DNA of 60,000 bases, from contig OZ249436.1 of NCBI GenBank assembly GCA_965235115.1, forward strand, positions 29,390,001-29,450,000, written 5' to 3'. This DNA is from Laetmonice hystrix. Taxonomy: Eukaryota. Position 1 is the stretch's first letter. Each line of letters opens with the position of its first letter. This document shows, piece after piece, positions 38,299-52,168 of this stretch. Under the pieces are notes generated by a model. That model was not told the origin of the DNA. It was given only the letters and a program-made list of their open reading frames with translations, and did not search any database. The position numbers were made by a program, and so were the translations under genes.

Positions 38299-39145
38299 GT
38301 GTGGATTCTGCAGATCATTATATATAACAGGTATTATAGGGATAATATATAAAGTGCATTTTGGGATGGTAACAAATACACCCTGCTCCCTTGCACAGGG
38401 AAGACTCGAGGGAGACTGAAGGTCTGTAAGCAGGGTTCCTAGTCTTTTGTGATTTCAACTAAAAACCAAATTGCCCAAGTTTTCCCTTAAATCCTTCTGA
38501 AACTCCATGAGAAATATTTTGTTTTATAGGTAGACCTTTATAGCATGCCATAGCTGACTATAAAGGTAACTGTATGAACACTAAAAATGCACGATCCAAA
38601 TAAAATTATTTAGGCCGAACGTTAGTCAAAACCGAAAACACTCCCCGGCAGTCACAATGCCAAGCCCAAGGCCAAGGCAATTAGTCCGATCGACAACGAG
38701 TAACGTGTAGGCCTATGCCGCCCCTATGCCCCCGCCAAATAGAATCAACCTGATGAAAACCTTTCTCTTCTGGTATATTGTCAAATTCCCTGAGTTTTTA
38801 TGCTTTCCCCTGATTCCCCGAATCGCCTCTAGGCCTACCTCACTTTAAGGGCTTCCCTGATTTTCAGAGTGGCTGGGATTCGGAACCCTGCTAAGCTAAC
38901 GACTGGAGTCTGAGTCAAAAGTGCAAAGTGTGCCGTGGCGTGGAGGACAAGGCCTCGCGTGCGTAGAAACATCTTTTGACAAAGCCAATGATTGAAAACT
39001 CCGAAATGTACATTTCAAGACGTTCAATGCAATCTTATTGAAATCTGGAATCAAAATTTGGAATAAATATATACTAAATAATCGAACAACCCTATCAGAT
39101 CGACCGACAGAGTTTAGCGTGATGACGCGGTCTTTAAACAAAAAC

Positions 39146-39365
39146 AAAATGGCGGTCAGCGAAGCCATCTACGCCGGCATCATGCAATAATTGTGACCGG
39201 GATTGTGAAACAATTAGCCAGTTTCCGCCGCGAAAAGGTCATTAATTTGGTAAAATGGTATATGAACTTACCTTTTAAGTATATTTACGGGGAGTAACGA
39301 TAAAACGTGATGCCAATAAAACCTAAAACTTCTGTGCGCCTCTTTTCGCACTTCCTCCTTCCGCG
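39146..39365 (-). promoter_or_regulatory. Probable promoter and non-coding first exon of the zinc-finger gene
   Basis: Consensus donor AAG|GTAAGT at 39272/39271; ETS-like GGAAG motifs at 39350-39363; YY1-like AAAATGGCGG at 39146-39155; locally CpG-rich. Confidence 0.55.
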
Positions 39366-40712
39366 AACAATGGCACCTTAACTGATAGGTGGCGCCACCG
39401 TCATTTGAATAGCGCCGGGTCAGTTCCCGCGTAGAAAGTAGGGAGAATATAGAACAGACGCCACGCAATTTATGTTCCTTTTGTTTTTGTACGGGCCAAT
39501 AATACCAAACTTTTTATACTATCATATGAAGTAGGTATTGAAAAAACGACTGAGATATAAATCGATGAGTTTTCTGTCTAAAACCTTGGAGGTATAGTGT
39601 GCGATAGCGGCCAATTGTTGATACGCCACTTCATACTGCCCCGCCGCCTCTCTGGGATGCGCCGCGTGGCTTGCGCACACGTCGACATTTGGCATGGCAT
39701 ATCCGAACCGACAGGCCAATTGCATCTAGAGCTATACGAGACTCTTTAAGCCTAATTACTTTAGGCCTTATTTATTCAAACTCCTTCACATTACAGGGTC
39801 ATAGGCCTACGCAACCTAATTACAAATCGGGGGGGGGGGGGCAGACTTAGGTTCAGAAGGTGTCATGATCTCGGTGTTGTTCCTGCACATGTCATGTGTT
39901 TCCCATTAGGCCTACCCCAAAATTACCAAATTAAAAGCCAAGCGGGGCACCTGCTCGTCAAAAAGACAGCTTTTCACCATAATTAGATCTATAGTCTGTT
40001 CGCTCTATAAGGAGAGCTCTGACCTGCCCCCCTCCCCCCGTCTACCCACAGCTGGCGTATCACAAGTCATCAGCACCAGGTCCTGTCAAGATTAAATGAC
40101 CAAATTCCACGTGGTTCTGTAGCCTATTAGGCCGACTACTCCAAATGCAGACCTGCCAAGTCCCCCGGTTTCACCGGGGGACTCCCGTTTTTTTACCTGA
40201 TCCCCCGCCCCCGGGCGGTAGGCCCTATGTCACAATTTTCTCACGGTAAATTGAAAACTCATAGGGGGGGGGGGCTATAGCCTAGGCCTAGGCCCTCTAT
40301 GCACACAAATGTAGCCTACACAAAACACAAGAAAAAACATAGGGCCTAAGCCTATTGGGGCCTAGGCCTAGAGATAAATAGGTAGGCCTATGTTTGGACA
40401 ATAATATTTTAAGTTTAAAATATAGGCCTAATGAAAAAATATGTTCGAGTATGTTTTTAAGTATAGGGCCTAAGGCCTACATGTAGCAACTATAAGGGCC
40501 TATGCAACGCAGAACACTAAAAAAGGATACATAAAGAGAAAAGAAACAACATATAGGCTAGGCCTAGGCCTAAAGGAGCTGATGTCTTAGAAAAAAAATT
40601 TATTTTAAATTTATAAAACTGATGGTAGCCTATATAAGTTGTGTAGGGGAAGGGGGGGGCAATGGGAACCATGCACTTAAGCCGCCATTAGCCATAGTTC
40701 CTGCCATGTAAA

Positions 40713-41378
40713 TCGCTGCCTTTCTGGCGAACCGTCGAATATGGGGGTTTTGGCGAAATTGAGTTTTTAGTAGATTCTTAATAATTTTGAAGAAATCTGT
40801 CATCCCTGAAAATTTCATTACCCTCCGGGCGAGAATTAGCGAGATATTAACGTCGGGTTCTTTGGCGAATATGAAATGTCTTCGATTTACTTTTTACTTT
40901 TTAATATTCATATTCGACGGTTCTCCCGGAAATTATTTGTACGTAATTGATAATTTTTTTACGGCGAACCGTCGAATATAGAAATTATGCCCAAATAAGG
41001 TAATGATATGATCAGTGATCACGTATGGTTTCCATAACAACCCGTCGAATATCCACGGGCGAGATAAAATTTTTCCGGCGAACCGTCGAATATGCGTCGA
41101 ATATGCGTCGAATATGACATAAAGTCACGTAGAACTTTTTCGGGACCCGTCGAATATGGCATGGCTATTTTTAGCCTTCATTATATTGCCGGAAATTACT
41201 GTTAGCGTCAAATGGATCCAAAGTATGCCGTATCGTATCGTATATTAGCGATTCCCATAACGAAAGATATAATGTTAGGTTGATTTTGAGGATGTTTGAG
41301 AAAAGTGCAAAACTTCAAGTGCGTTTTTCTCAGTTCCGTCTAAACCCCATATTCGACGGTTCGCCAGAAAGGCAGCGA
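40713..41378. mobile_element. MITE with 34-bp perfect terminal inverted repeats
   Basis: TCGCTGCCTTTCTGGCGAACCGTCGAATATGGGG at left and its reverse complement at right; multiple internal CGTCGAATAT motifs. Confidence 0.8.
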
Positions 41379-41984
41379 AATGACAAAAATCGATGGTATC
41401 ATAATTATCAATGGGCAACTATCGCGGCATAAATACCACTAGGTTCGAGTGTTTGGTTGCCTCTAATAAGAGTGTAATCGATGATCTAGTAGGCTATAAG
41501 GTGTGCAAAAAGGTTCCTTTTACCCAACCCCTAGGGCAAAAAGATCCAGCGCCTGGGGCAAGAAAAACCAAAGATGTCAGTTACAGTGAAAGAACCTTTA
41601 TTTCAATAAAAACAATAAACGTCCAAAATAAAAATAAAGTAAAAAAAGAATTTTTTTAAAATATCTAAAACAGCCTTGCAGGCTATAGAGTCTAGGCCCT
41701 ATCACTGAAGACAAAATATTAATGTCCATGCCGAGCACTCCTATTTGCAAGTGTAGGCCCTAACACTGGAATGCAATCTCCATGCATAACTTCTACATCT
41801 ATGTAGGCCTTATTAAGTTTCTCATCGCAGAATATGCAATTAGATCGACAGTTAAACATCGAGTTCCGTGTTCTTATCCTAGGTGTGGGTTTTTAGAACG
41901 AGGTTAACATCACTGAAGACATTCATGGCAGATGAACTGGTCTAGATCTATGCCCAGTGATCGTTCACTTCCCAGCAAACAGGA

Positions 41985-42888
41985 CACGTGTTTAACACGT
42001 GTTTAGCTGGAGTCAAACTGGTGAGGTGAACACCTACCGTGTATAATACATAACGCGTGTTTAGAACGTGTTGACTTCAACAGTGATATTAGTGGGACGT
42101 GTCTATCTGGTGTCAAACTGGTGTGGTGAACACCTACCATGTATAACACGTGTTTAGAACGTGTTGACCTCACCAGTGTTATTAGTGGGACGTGTCTATC
42201 TGGTGTCAAACTGGTGTGGTGAACACCTACCGTGTATAACACGTGTTTAGAACGTGTTGACCTCACCAGTGTTATTAGTGGGACGTGTCTATCTGGTGTC
42301 AAACTGGTGTGGTGAACACCTACCGTGTATAACACGTGTTTAGAACGTGTTGACCTCACCGGTGATATTAGTGGGACGTGTCTATCTGGTGTCAAACTGG
42401 TGTGGTGAACACCTACCATGTATAACACGTGTTTAGAACGTGTTGACCTCACTAGTGATATTAGTGGGACGTGTCTATCTGGTGTCAAACTGGCGTGGTG
42501 AACACCTACCATGTATAACACGTGTTTAGAACGTGTTGACCTCACCAGTGATATTATATAGTGGGACGTGTCTATCTGGAGTCGAACTGGTGTGGTGAAC
42601 ACCTACCATGTATAACACGTGTTTAGAACGTGTTGACCTCACTAGTGATATTAGTGGGACGTGTCTATCTGGTGTCAAACTGGCGTGGTGAACACCTACC
42701 ATGTATAACACGTGTTTAGAACGTGTTGACCTCACCAGTGATATTAGTGGGACGTGTCTATCTGGAGTCAAACTGGTGTGGTGAACACCTACCGTGTATA
42801 ACACGTGTTTAGAACGTGTTGACGCCACGCAGTGTTATTAGTAGGACGTGTCTATCTGATGCCAAACTGGTGTGGTGAATACCTACCC
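41985..42888. repeat. Minisatellite, 93-bp unit, about 9.5 copies
   Basis: Unit aacacgtgtttagaacgtgttgacctcaccagtgatattagtgggacgtgtctatctggtgtcaaactggtgtggtgaacacctaccgtgtat; period 93 bp (42061 to 42154). Confidence 0.95.
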
Positions 42889-44397
42889 AATTATGCAGCT
42901 AGGCCTAGGCTATATGATTTGATTACCGTATAAGGTACGCTATTTGTTGTAGGGCTAACATGCACTACAATGCCAGCCTTCAGAAGCGTTTTTTTAAATA
43001 CAGTTATACAGTTATAATATAGGCCTCCATAATATTTGTACAAATCCATAGAAAGATACACGTGGTATCCTCATCGTAGGTCTATACGTGCAATTAAGCA
43101 CTGAAGTGTTTGTGTGAAAATGAAAATGAATCCGGCGTAATTTAAAGTTTATCGTAATGTGACCACGTCTGGTAACCGATAGGTGGCAGCACAAGCGCCG
43201 GGGGCCAGGGTGCATTATTTGAGTTCTTTTTGGCCCCGTGCAATTTTAAACCAGGAGAAAACCACCACAAATCGTTTTTCTAGGTGGCAAAGAGAATATA
43301 TTAAAAGTATCAGGCGAATTCATGCGTAATTAAGGAAATTGACTATTTCACATTTCTGGTCCGCCCAGACGTTACTGGAGACTTACACTAAAAAGCGATA
43401 ACTTTCTTGAAGTCGCGGTAATTGGTCAAAAAATGTTCAAATACTATCAAATGTGGCCTTATTTTAGCCTTTATGTGTTCTGCACATTACGAAACTTCAA
43501 CTAGATCTGTCTGCCTATTTTAATCGCTTCTTTGGGGTGCCTTTCATTCTATTTCATAAGCTCTAACTAAATTTGATTACACATTTACAAGACTTGTTTC
43601 CATAAGTGTGGTAAATTTGGGCTAAAAGGATTTAGTACATATGTGAGCCCTCCGTACTTCTCCCATACAGCTACCCCGATCTGAATCCAGTGCTCCACGG
43701 GCTCTGACAGCTCCCGGTCACGGCATTCGGCCGGCCTCGCAGCCGGGGGAATTAGGCGCGGAGTCTGTACGCTCGCTGTGTCTTGCCCGAATGGATGATT
43801 ATGAACTTTTGCGGTTACGCCCCTTTAGTTTCTCCCGAATTGAACCCCAACAAGTTTGGAACCAAAATATCTAAAATTTGTTACTTGTTGGGCTGCAAAC
43901 ATAGCCCCCCCCCCCCCACTATGCCACTGGCATCATGCACGTTCCAAGGGCAAAGGACGCGCGCGGTATGTGTTTTAGGCGCGTTGGAGTGTCTTTTTTT
44001 TTTATGGATGAACCTAACATTCTCGGACTCTACAGGGGCGTATCCAGAAATTGATTTTTTTTTTTTTTGGGGGGGGGGGGGGGTCCTATAAGCTAGGTAC
44101 TTCAGAGAAGGCCTTAGGCCAATTTGGGGAAATTTTTAAAAAGACACTAAATACCGGTAGGCTAATGCAATCGTCTTGTTTGGAAATATGAAGATTAATT
44201 TTCTTGGTTAAAATAATTCACTTTTTACACTCCTGTTATATGTCCAAAATATAGTAATTTTTTAAGGGGGGTCCGGGATACTTGAAAACCCCCCTCTTTA
44301 CATAAACTTGATTTGTCTGCACCGTAGGCCTACATCTATATAATATGTCTGCACTGATGAAGGGGGTGCGATCTCCAGTAACCCGATCACAGCTATA

Positions 44398-45256
44398 TAT
44401 CGGGTGGATAAAAAAAAACGCCCCGAACTTTAAACTCCAATATTTCAAAAAGTATTGATTGTTATTCAATGAAATTTTTCTTACTATCACTTCATGATAT
44501 TGTCTCTTAGTTGTTAATGTTACAACTCAATAGCTTGGATAATATGTCCGTGGGGCTAAAAACAAAAATCATTGTACAAAAGCGCAATGCCGGGCTAAAG
44601 CGAGTGGTAGTCGCACCAGAGTCCCTGGCCTCACACTAGAGTAGGTGGTCAATTGGTCCCCCGTTTTCACTTCATACTGCTCTCAGTCTCTTTTTACATC
44701 CGCCAATGCACTTCCTGATCTCTGATGGGGAATTATCTTCCCATTATTGGGAAATAAGCAGCGTTCTGAACGTGTTGCTAAACGTGATAATGATACGATT
44801 CCCCTTGAACTTCTGGTTACAGTCATATCATCCTAATGTTGCAGTTTCTCTGTAGGGTTTGGCACAGTAAACATCTGGTTTTCTCTAGAAGTACTAGGAT
44901 TAGCACATAATTTATTATATCTAGTGGTTCACAACATTATACATATTGTAAAACATGCAAAGACTAAATATTGAAAACTGTTTTACCCAAGGTACAATGC
45001 GGTGCATCAAACAGGTGTCAAATTGGACACCTGGCAGCTGCATGATATTTGACCTAATTCCGGCATTGTGTTTTTAGACACTGATTTTTGTTTTTAGCGC
45101 CACCTGATTAATATCAAAGCTATTGAGCTGAAACTTTAGCATACAAGAGATAATATCATGAAGTTATATTAAGAGAAATTTTATTGAATTATAATGCAAA
45201 GTTATTGAAATATTAAAGTTTAAAGTTCGGGGCGTTTTTTTTTTATCCACCCGATA
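44398..45256. mobile_element. Tc1/mariner-like MITE
   Basis: Long inverted termini TATCGGGTGGATAAAAAAAAACGCCCCGAACTTTAAA ... TTTAAAGTTCGGGGCGTTTTTTTTTATCCACCCGATA, flanked by TA. Confidence 0.85.
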
Positions 45257-45678
45257 TATAGAGCATTGCCCGGTTCCTTTTGCCCGACCCACGTCGATTA
45301 TACACAAGTGACCTTTGAAAGTATCTCGTATCAGAACAGTTTCAGTTCATTTCATGAATTCAGTAGACCTTCTAACGTCGCACACATAAACAGCTTTCAG
45401 TAACTCTTCTGTGATCTTTGTTCGAGATGTGAATTTATTACAGAAATTTTAGCAATTGAGGTAAAAAAAACCGTACTTTTGCTCCTTATTTCAAGCTACG
45501 TGGACGTTAGTCTTGAACCTCTATAGGGCCTACTGCATGAATGCAAAAACTTATGACGTATTCACACACGCCAAGAGGAGCGCCAGAGGCGGTCAGATTT
45601 CGAACTAAGCAGAGTGGTTCCTCTTACCGCCTGATTCCTTTTGCCCCCCTTCCCTTACTTCATGTGTAATCAATCAAA

Positions 45679-46405
45679 TTTGACCCAAAAACGGTTTTAA
45701 TAGTTAACCAACCGTGTACGGGGTTAACATGACCCAAAAATTTAAGTCACGTCATGTAACTCAATAACTGGGTCAATAAAAATAACCCAGCCCAGAGTCA
45801 CCCGTGATCCAGCTATAGGCCTCCACAATTTACTGGGTCATTTTTTTAAACCCAATTATTGCCCCCGCTTTAATAACCCAGAAATAACACTATATGGGTA
45901 AAGTTTGACCCAGCAAAACTTGCTCGACAATCAAGTTTGACCCAAAAGTGGATTAACTATAACAACCCAAAAAAGGGTTGTCATTGTATTTTATTTGAAC
46001 TTCATGGCCTCGAGTGACGTCACATCACATCAGCTACAGTAAAGCAATATGGTGTTTCTATGTTGGGGAATTGAATCTGATGAAAAGATTTATGTTTGCT
46101 TTCTCTGTTTCTAGCTTATTGCATAAAACATGGTTTTACCGCTTTTTTTTGCGCATGTTAAACAGCATATCAGAATATGAGTGCTGCAAGCAATCGAAAA
46201 AGAGTGATAATATGCAAGACACATGCGTGGTTATCTCCACCTCATGGGCGCCACCGAATTTTGACCCAGCTTAATTTGACCCATATTTTCAACCCAATAC
46301 TTTGTCAGATATGACCCAGTAATGGGTTATTTTGACCCCGGTTTTGACCCAATTTGCTTGACCCAGCAATTGGGTCACGAAAATGACCCAGCCGGATTTG
46401 CAGTG
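45679..46405. repeat. Degenerate repeat rich in TGACCCA/TGGGTCA motifs, likely subterminal repeats of a DNA transposon
   Basis: More than a dozen tgaccca/tgggtca/aaccca motifs in both orientations within about 700 bp. Confidence 0.5.
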
Positions 46406-47965
46406 ATATGGAGCTACCTTGCATATTTTAACACTTGCTCCAAATAACCAAGCAGTTACTCTCTATACATATCGAAAGAAGCATGTGCTTGTTTAGTGTA
46501 GCAAAAGCGAAATACTGCTTTTACTTGGAGTAAAAACTTCTTGGTAAAAGTATTTACTACATTTTTATTCATACAAATGCATAGTAATTGCTTGAAATTT
46601 GAAGTAAAAAGTATTTCCTTTTTTTATTCATTCGACCCAGTGTCTCGCGTTTGTGCGGCGACCAATGCATATTATTTCTCTCTCTATGCAACGTTGGGCT
46701 GGGATGGGACGGTCACTACATCTGGTGACAGAGAACGGTACTAATATTTCCTATTGGATTAAACTGGCGAGATATTAAAAAATAGAAGTAATTGCCAACG
46801 TTTTTGTGTGTGTACAGCATAGTATAACCTTCTGGGATGATTTTAGGGTACTTCGTTTGAACTATTTCTGCTAGGTATCAACATTCTCCCAAATTTTACA
46901 TACATTTGTGTATTCATCTTAGGACAAAATTGATCATTTTAAACGAGAGAAAACGGTAGGTCACCGCTCTAATTTTTTATGTTGAGTGGAAAGCTTTAAT
47001 GGCAAAAAACCCGGGTTCCATTGCAGTGGCGGATTTAAGGGGGGTAGGCCTATTGGGGTTGCAACCCCCCCCGTTATGAAGTAATTTTCTACAAGCCAAT
47101 AGGGCATACTGTAGGGAAAGGTGGGCGATTTGGACCAGCGGATAATTGACCTCTTCCGTGGCACCAATGTGCCAACTTGTGCTGTGATCACGATAACGCG
47201 AGAAAAATAGCCTCAATCGATCCAAAATTGGTATGTCGGCCTTCTTTTATCCGGGGCTTGGACAAGTTCGAAAACCAGTTTGGTTGACCCAGAACTTTCA
47301 AGATGGCGGCTGATCTAAAAAAAATGGCACGTGCCATTTTTTTGCCAAAGCCATAACTCGGAAAATACTGGCTGGAATAACATCAAATTTGGTCAGCAGG
47401 GTCATCTATGTGCCAAATTTAGATTTCCCGGAGGACTTGTTCGTGTGACCCCAGATGACTTCTGTGTGACCTTCAACATTTTCGAAGTGGTCGGGTGCTT
47501 ACTTGACGTCAGCCCAAAAACTACTGGGGCAAGAAAGTCCTAATTTGGGGAAAAGACAACTGTGGATATTTTCTCGGGATTTTGCTATTTTTAGCACCTC
47601 ATGACCTTTGACCTCAGTACCGTGCCAACCTTAGAGAAGCCTTTTATATCTTCCAAACCCCTGACCGTATCTTTATGAAACTTGGTGGAGAAGAATCTCC
47701 AGGTCTTTGCCTACAACTGCTACACTAAGTGTTTTCTCTACAGTTAATAGTTTCCGACTTATGCGGCCATCTTTCCGACACACAGCCACGCAGGGGAAAC
47801 TGTCGCGTGGCGTGGTCGGTTCACCACCACTGGGTCAGGGGTCGTTGCCCGGCAACAAGGTCACTGCCTGACCTCGCCACGCCTGCATCTATTTATAGGA
47901 GGTCAGATCTCCCTACTGTGGCCCATAAGTACCAACATAATTGACACAGTAATTTACTTTAAAGC

Positions 47966-48138
47966 CTGGCCACAGTTTACAGTTATGACAAGACCTTAAT
48001 TGGTCTCGGTGGCCGCAGTACAAAGTTATGCCACAACTGCACTGGAAATGTATGTTTGTTCTGGCCGGCCGCCCTGGCCACAGTTTACAGTTATGACAAG
48101 ACCTTAATTGGTCTCAGTGGCCGCAGTACAAAGTTATG
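47966..48138. repeat. Local direct duplication of about 65 bp
   Basis: cctggccacagtttacagttatgacaagaccttaattggtctc.gtggccgcagtacaaagttatg occurs twice, about 108 bp apart. Confidence 0.8.
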
Positions 48139-48810
48139 ACAACACTTTGGACTATGTGAGCAAAGGGTGGCAGCTGGTTTGTTCTCTAAAGACAATGCTC
48201 CTGCATAGGCTCTTTTCATTTCTGACATCGTTCAGCACCCACCCAAGTTGTCAAACGATTCATAATGGTGGGTCCCGGGTTCTGCGTTAATCGTGAATGT
48301 CGCATACCTACTTACATACATACCTATACAACTCCATATTTTATCTTCTTCTTATGCCGGCCAACGACACCACCTTCTTCCTTTCCTGGCACATTCTGAC
48401 GCGTCAGGCAGTATCAAGCAGCAGCTTAGTCGAACACGCACTAACATTATCACAACCCTTTCATTCACCCAAAACCGCTTTGGACTACCGCATATTACCC
48501 CGGCCCAAGGGTGTAGCCAGGGGGGTTTCCGGGTTGTCTGGAACCCCTCCCCTCCCCAAAAAAGATAATTAATAGATAATTAAGTAACTAAATAGATCTA
48601 TATGAATGACTAATATTATGGTTGCCCCCCCCCCCCCCCGCATCTCAGTTCTGCCTACACCTCTGGCCGCGCTACTACTATTATTATATCGTTTTTTGGC
48701 AAATCTGCCATAGCTCGCAACACACTATACTTTCAGACTAGTTAGGTCAAACAATATATAACGATTTAAAAAAGGGGAGACGTCCTGTTCGGACTGAACA
48801 ATTTCTAGTT

Positions 48811-49261
48811 TCCCTTGAACTTCCCGTTACAGTCATATCGTCCTAATGTTGCAGTTTCTCTGTAGGGTTTGGCACATTAAACCTCTGTTTTTCTCTAAAA
48901 GTACTAGGAATAGCACATATTTTATTATATCTAGTGGTCCACAACATGATACATATTGTAAAACATGCAAAAACTAAATATTGAATTTTTTTACCCAAGG
49001 TACAATGCGGTGCATCAAACAGGTGTCAAATTGGACACCTGGCAGCTGCATGATATTTGACCTAATTCCGGCATTGCGTTTTTAGACACTGATTTCTGTT
49101 TTTAGCGCCACGGGATTAATATCAAAGCTATTGAGCTGAAACGTTATCATACAAGAGATAATATCATGAAGGTATAGGAAGAGAAATTTTATTGAATTAT
49201 AATACATAGTTTTTGAAATATTCAAGTTTAAAGTTCGGGGCGTTTTTTTATCCACCCGATA
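48811..49261. mobile_element. Truncated second copy of the 44398-45256 MITE (right half)
   Basis: Near-identical to about 44802-45256, including the right terminus ...aaagttcggggcgttttttta tccacccgata. Confidence 0.85.
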
Positions 49262-49377
49262 TATTCTCTAAGACATTGGGAGGGCCATCGCTTTGGTCAG
49301 TTGAGATCACACTCATGTTAAATTATATGTTTTATACCAGATTTACTTTCAAAATCTTCCATTACATATTAAACTCG

Positions 49378-49663
49378 CACGTGATCCAGAATAGATATGC
49401 AAATGCTAAATTGAACCGGCAGGGGAGGCTAAATTGGACCGGTGATATGCATAGTAATTAATGTCTATATACAAACACTTATCGGATTGGTTTTCTGTTA
49501 GGTTTCAGTGATCATGATCACTGAAACACAGTGTCCAATGATCACTGAAACCTGTCAATCACTGATAAGTGCTGGTATAGACATTACTATATGCATAGAT
49601 ATCACCAATTTTGCCTCCCCCTTCTGGTTCAATTTAGCATTTGCACATCTATTCTGGATCACG
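49378..49663. mobile_element. Palindromic (foldback/MITE-like) element
   Basis: cacgtgatccagaatagatatgcaaatgctaaattgaacc... at left pairs with ...ggttcaatttagcatttgcacatctattctggatcacgtg at right; inner arms also complementary. Confidence 0.75.
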
Positions 49664-51404
49664 TGTGTAACAGGGAAAAAGATATATTTTTCCTTATATT
49701 TTTAAAATTTGCATTTTAATGCATACATGTATAGCAAAGTATAGGTAATACAAACGAGGCTTATGGCATAATGCCTAATCAAACCAAGATATACGATGGT
49801 CCAATTTTAACCAGACACCGGTCCATATTAGCCTACATGTTGGCTAATTTGGACCAGATCCAGGATTTTTTAATTTATCGGTAATTGGAAAGTTGTTCAA
49901 TCCAGATTTCTTTTATTTCCAGGTTTATATATACCCCTTGGAAGGTGTCATTTTAGTAAAAGTCAAAAATAATATTGTTGATTTGTTCTTAGGGTTCAAA
50001 TTACCCACCTTTCCCTATTGTGGTTTGCAGGTGATGCATTTTGGAGGGGCAACAAACCGAGGTAGCGTACATTTATAAATAGACCGTGGACAACAGAAGC
50101 CAATGAACCGTGACCCGACTCCGCCAATGCCCATGCACATGAATTAATAAAGGCAGCACTTGGTCTGAGTTCTTGCAGACTCTAAAAATAAACACAATTG
50201 ACAATGTAATATCTTTCCAGGAACTAATACTTTTTAAGGCTGCATTCACTTCAACTTCACGTACGAAATATTTTTAGAAGTTTGCACTGGATTCACATCT
50301 AAACGGCTCAATAACCTGTGGTAAAGTTGTGCACCGTGTTTACAAAATATGTTCACGTCATAATATATCACTAGTCCGTTTTATAGGCTATATGTATGTG
50401 ATAATGAATATAGCTTGAAATGTAAAAGAATGTTTAAGCAAACTTCACACAATGATGGCGTATTTGACAGTCTAAGAGGTGCCTTGTCAAATCTTAATGC
50501 ATACAACAGGTGTCTTTTGCTTTTATGTCCATTTTAATGTGTTCTCGTATTCTTTTAGAGGCAAATAAAATAAAATAAATAAAAAATAAACATAAACATA
50601 ACCATGATGTTTCCCTCCAAATGACGTCACTGCCTAACCTCTAGTATACCGTTCGCTAAGTGAGTTGACTGTGAACCGCCAGGTGGCCTCCGTGACTATA
50701 CTTACCGCCAGATGGCATTATAAACTGTTCTCACCTTTGCAGTCCATGCATCTATAACCCTTTAATAGCTGGGCTCTTGTCAATGGGTTCGAAGGAACAA
50801 ATATTTTTTTTCTAAATTTGGACCCGTTATCAGAAATTGAATTATGTCATTGTATTCCTATTCGTCTAGGCATACGAGCCGGGGGCAGGGGAGGGGGCAA
50901 ATGCCCTCCTAATTTCGGGCAAAACAGTGGGGAAAATTCGGGCAAAGCAAAAGGAAAAAATCGGGCAGAGAAATTCCGGGCAAATCAACCCCTCTGCCCC
51001 CCTTAACCAAAGAGTCCCCATACGCCCATGCACGGTGCCTATTCAATATCAGAATGCCAAGAATTGATATGTTAGTTGTATTTTTTTAATTGCTTGTCAT
51101 CAATGCTGACAATCAAATGCAATTTTAATCTTAGACCTTTTGTACGGGTGTTTACTAAACATTATGCCAAGAGTGATTCCTATTTATCACATTTTTTATG
51201 GCCACCCAAGTTTTGGAAGCTGGACCATCAATAATTATTCGTACGATTTTTCATCATTAATTTTAAAAAGTTATTAGCCACTGAACGTGAAGTGCCTTAT
51301 TAATTCAAGAAGTACGTACACATCGAAATAATCTATCAGATTGTTTGTTCGATGAGTTTGCGTTGTCGTGGTTGACGTGTGATGTGCTAATGATGCAGGT
51401 GAAT

Positions 51405-51509
51405 CTATAGGCCTATAGAACACGCACTTCTCAGTTTGTAGCGAACACGCCGAGTTAATGCACAGAACAGCACGCAGTTTGCGAAACCTTGACCGCTGTC
51501 ACCAAGCCC
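51405..51509 (-). CDS. GPR157: GPR157-like GPCR, exon 4 (TM7 and C-terminus)
   Basis: Acceptor ttttgtttcag|GGG; GLGDSGQGFANCVLFCALTRRVRYKLRSACSIGL*. Confidence 0.8.
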   Translation of the reverse strand, partial: GLGDSGQGFANCVLFCALTRRVRYKLRSACSIGL

Positions 51510-51761
51510 CTGAAACAAAATTAACGTTTCAGCTATACGGAACCAGCTCATGGTGTTTAATAAACATTTAGGCCATAGATATATCAGAATAAACCTTTTT
51601 CCTCTCTTTTACATGGACTGATCTAGTATTTTTGAAAAGGGAGTGGGCAATATGGTGCCCGACCCCCTGGATCCACCGATCAAAATTCCGGGGGAGGGAC
51701 GGTGGCAAAGTGCAAAAAAAGGAAAGGCAACAATATACATTGTGTACACATGTTGACTAGC

Positions 51762-51886
51762 CATGAGGGCAACAGCATACGTCTGTTCCCCCCGAGGGAC
51801 ATGTTGATTACCCCAAAATCAATCTATTTCCCGAGGGTTTCGCCCGAGGGGGGGGGGGGGGGCAGACGTATGCTGTTGCCCTCATG
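51762..51886. repeat. Small inverted-repeat element with 24-bp arms
   Basis: catgagggcaacagcatacgtctg ... cagacgtatgctgttgccctcatg. Confidence 0.75.
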
Positions 51887-52168
51887 TCCAGTTCCTTTGG
51901 CAGATGATCCAGTGAAGGGGGGGGGGGCTGCCCCCTTGGTCACCCTTCTGCGGATATCCGTGCTTTAAACTATGGTAGCTATATGCCTATTTCTAAACCT
52001 AAATCTAAACCTAAACCAATTTTTAAAAATATATAGTTCCATAGAGATATATATGAATATGTTATAATTATTATACACGTGTTTAACTTGTATGCAGTCG
52101 ATAGTATAGCTTACTATCAAGATAAGATCAAGATAGACAAACGAAACAAAAGAAGTAAATTGGGGAAA

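Noticed and set aside
42003..42828. Repetitive 199-aa and 100-aa ORFs, or a CRISPR array
   Set aside because: These are translations of a 93-bp tandem repeat; there are no unique spacers or cas genes and the context is eukaryotic.
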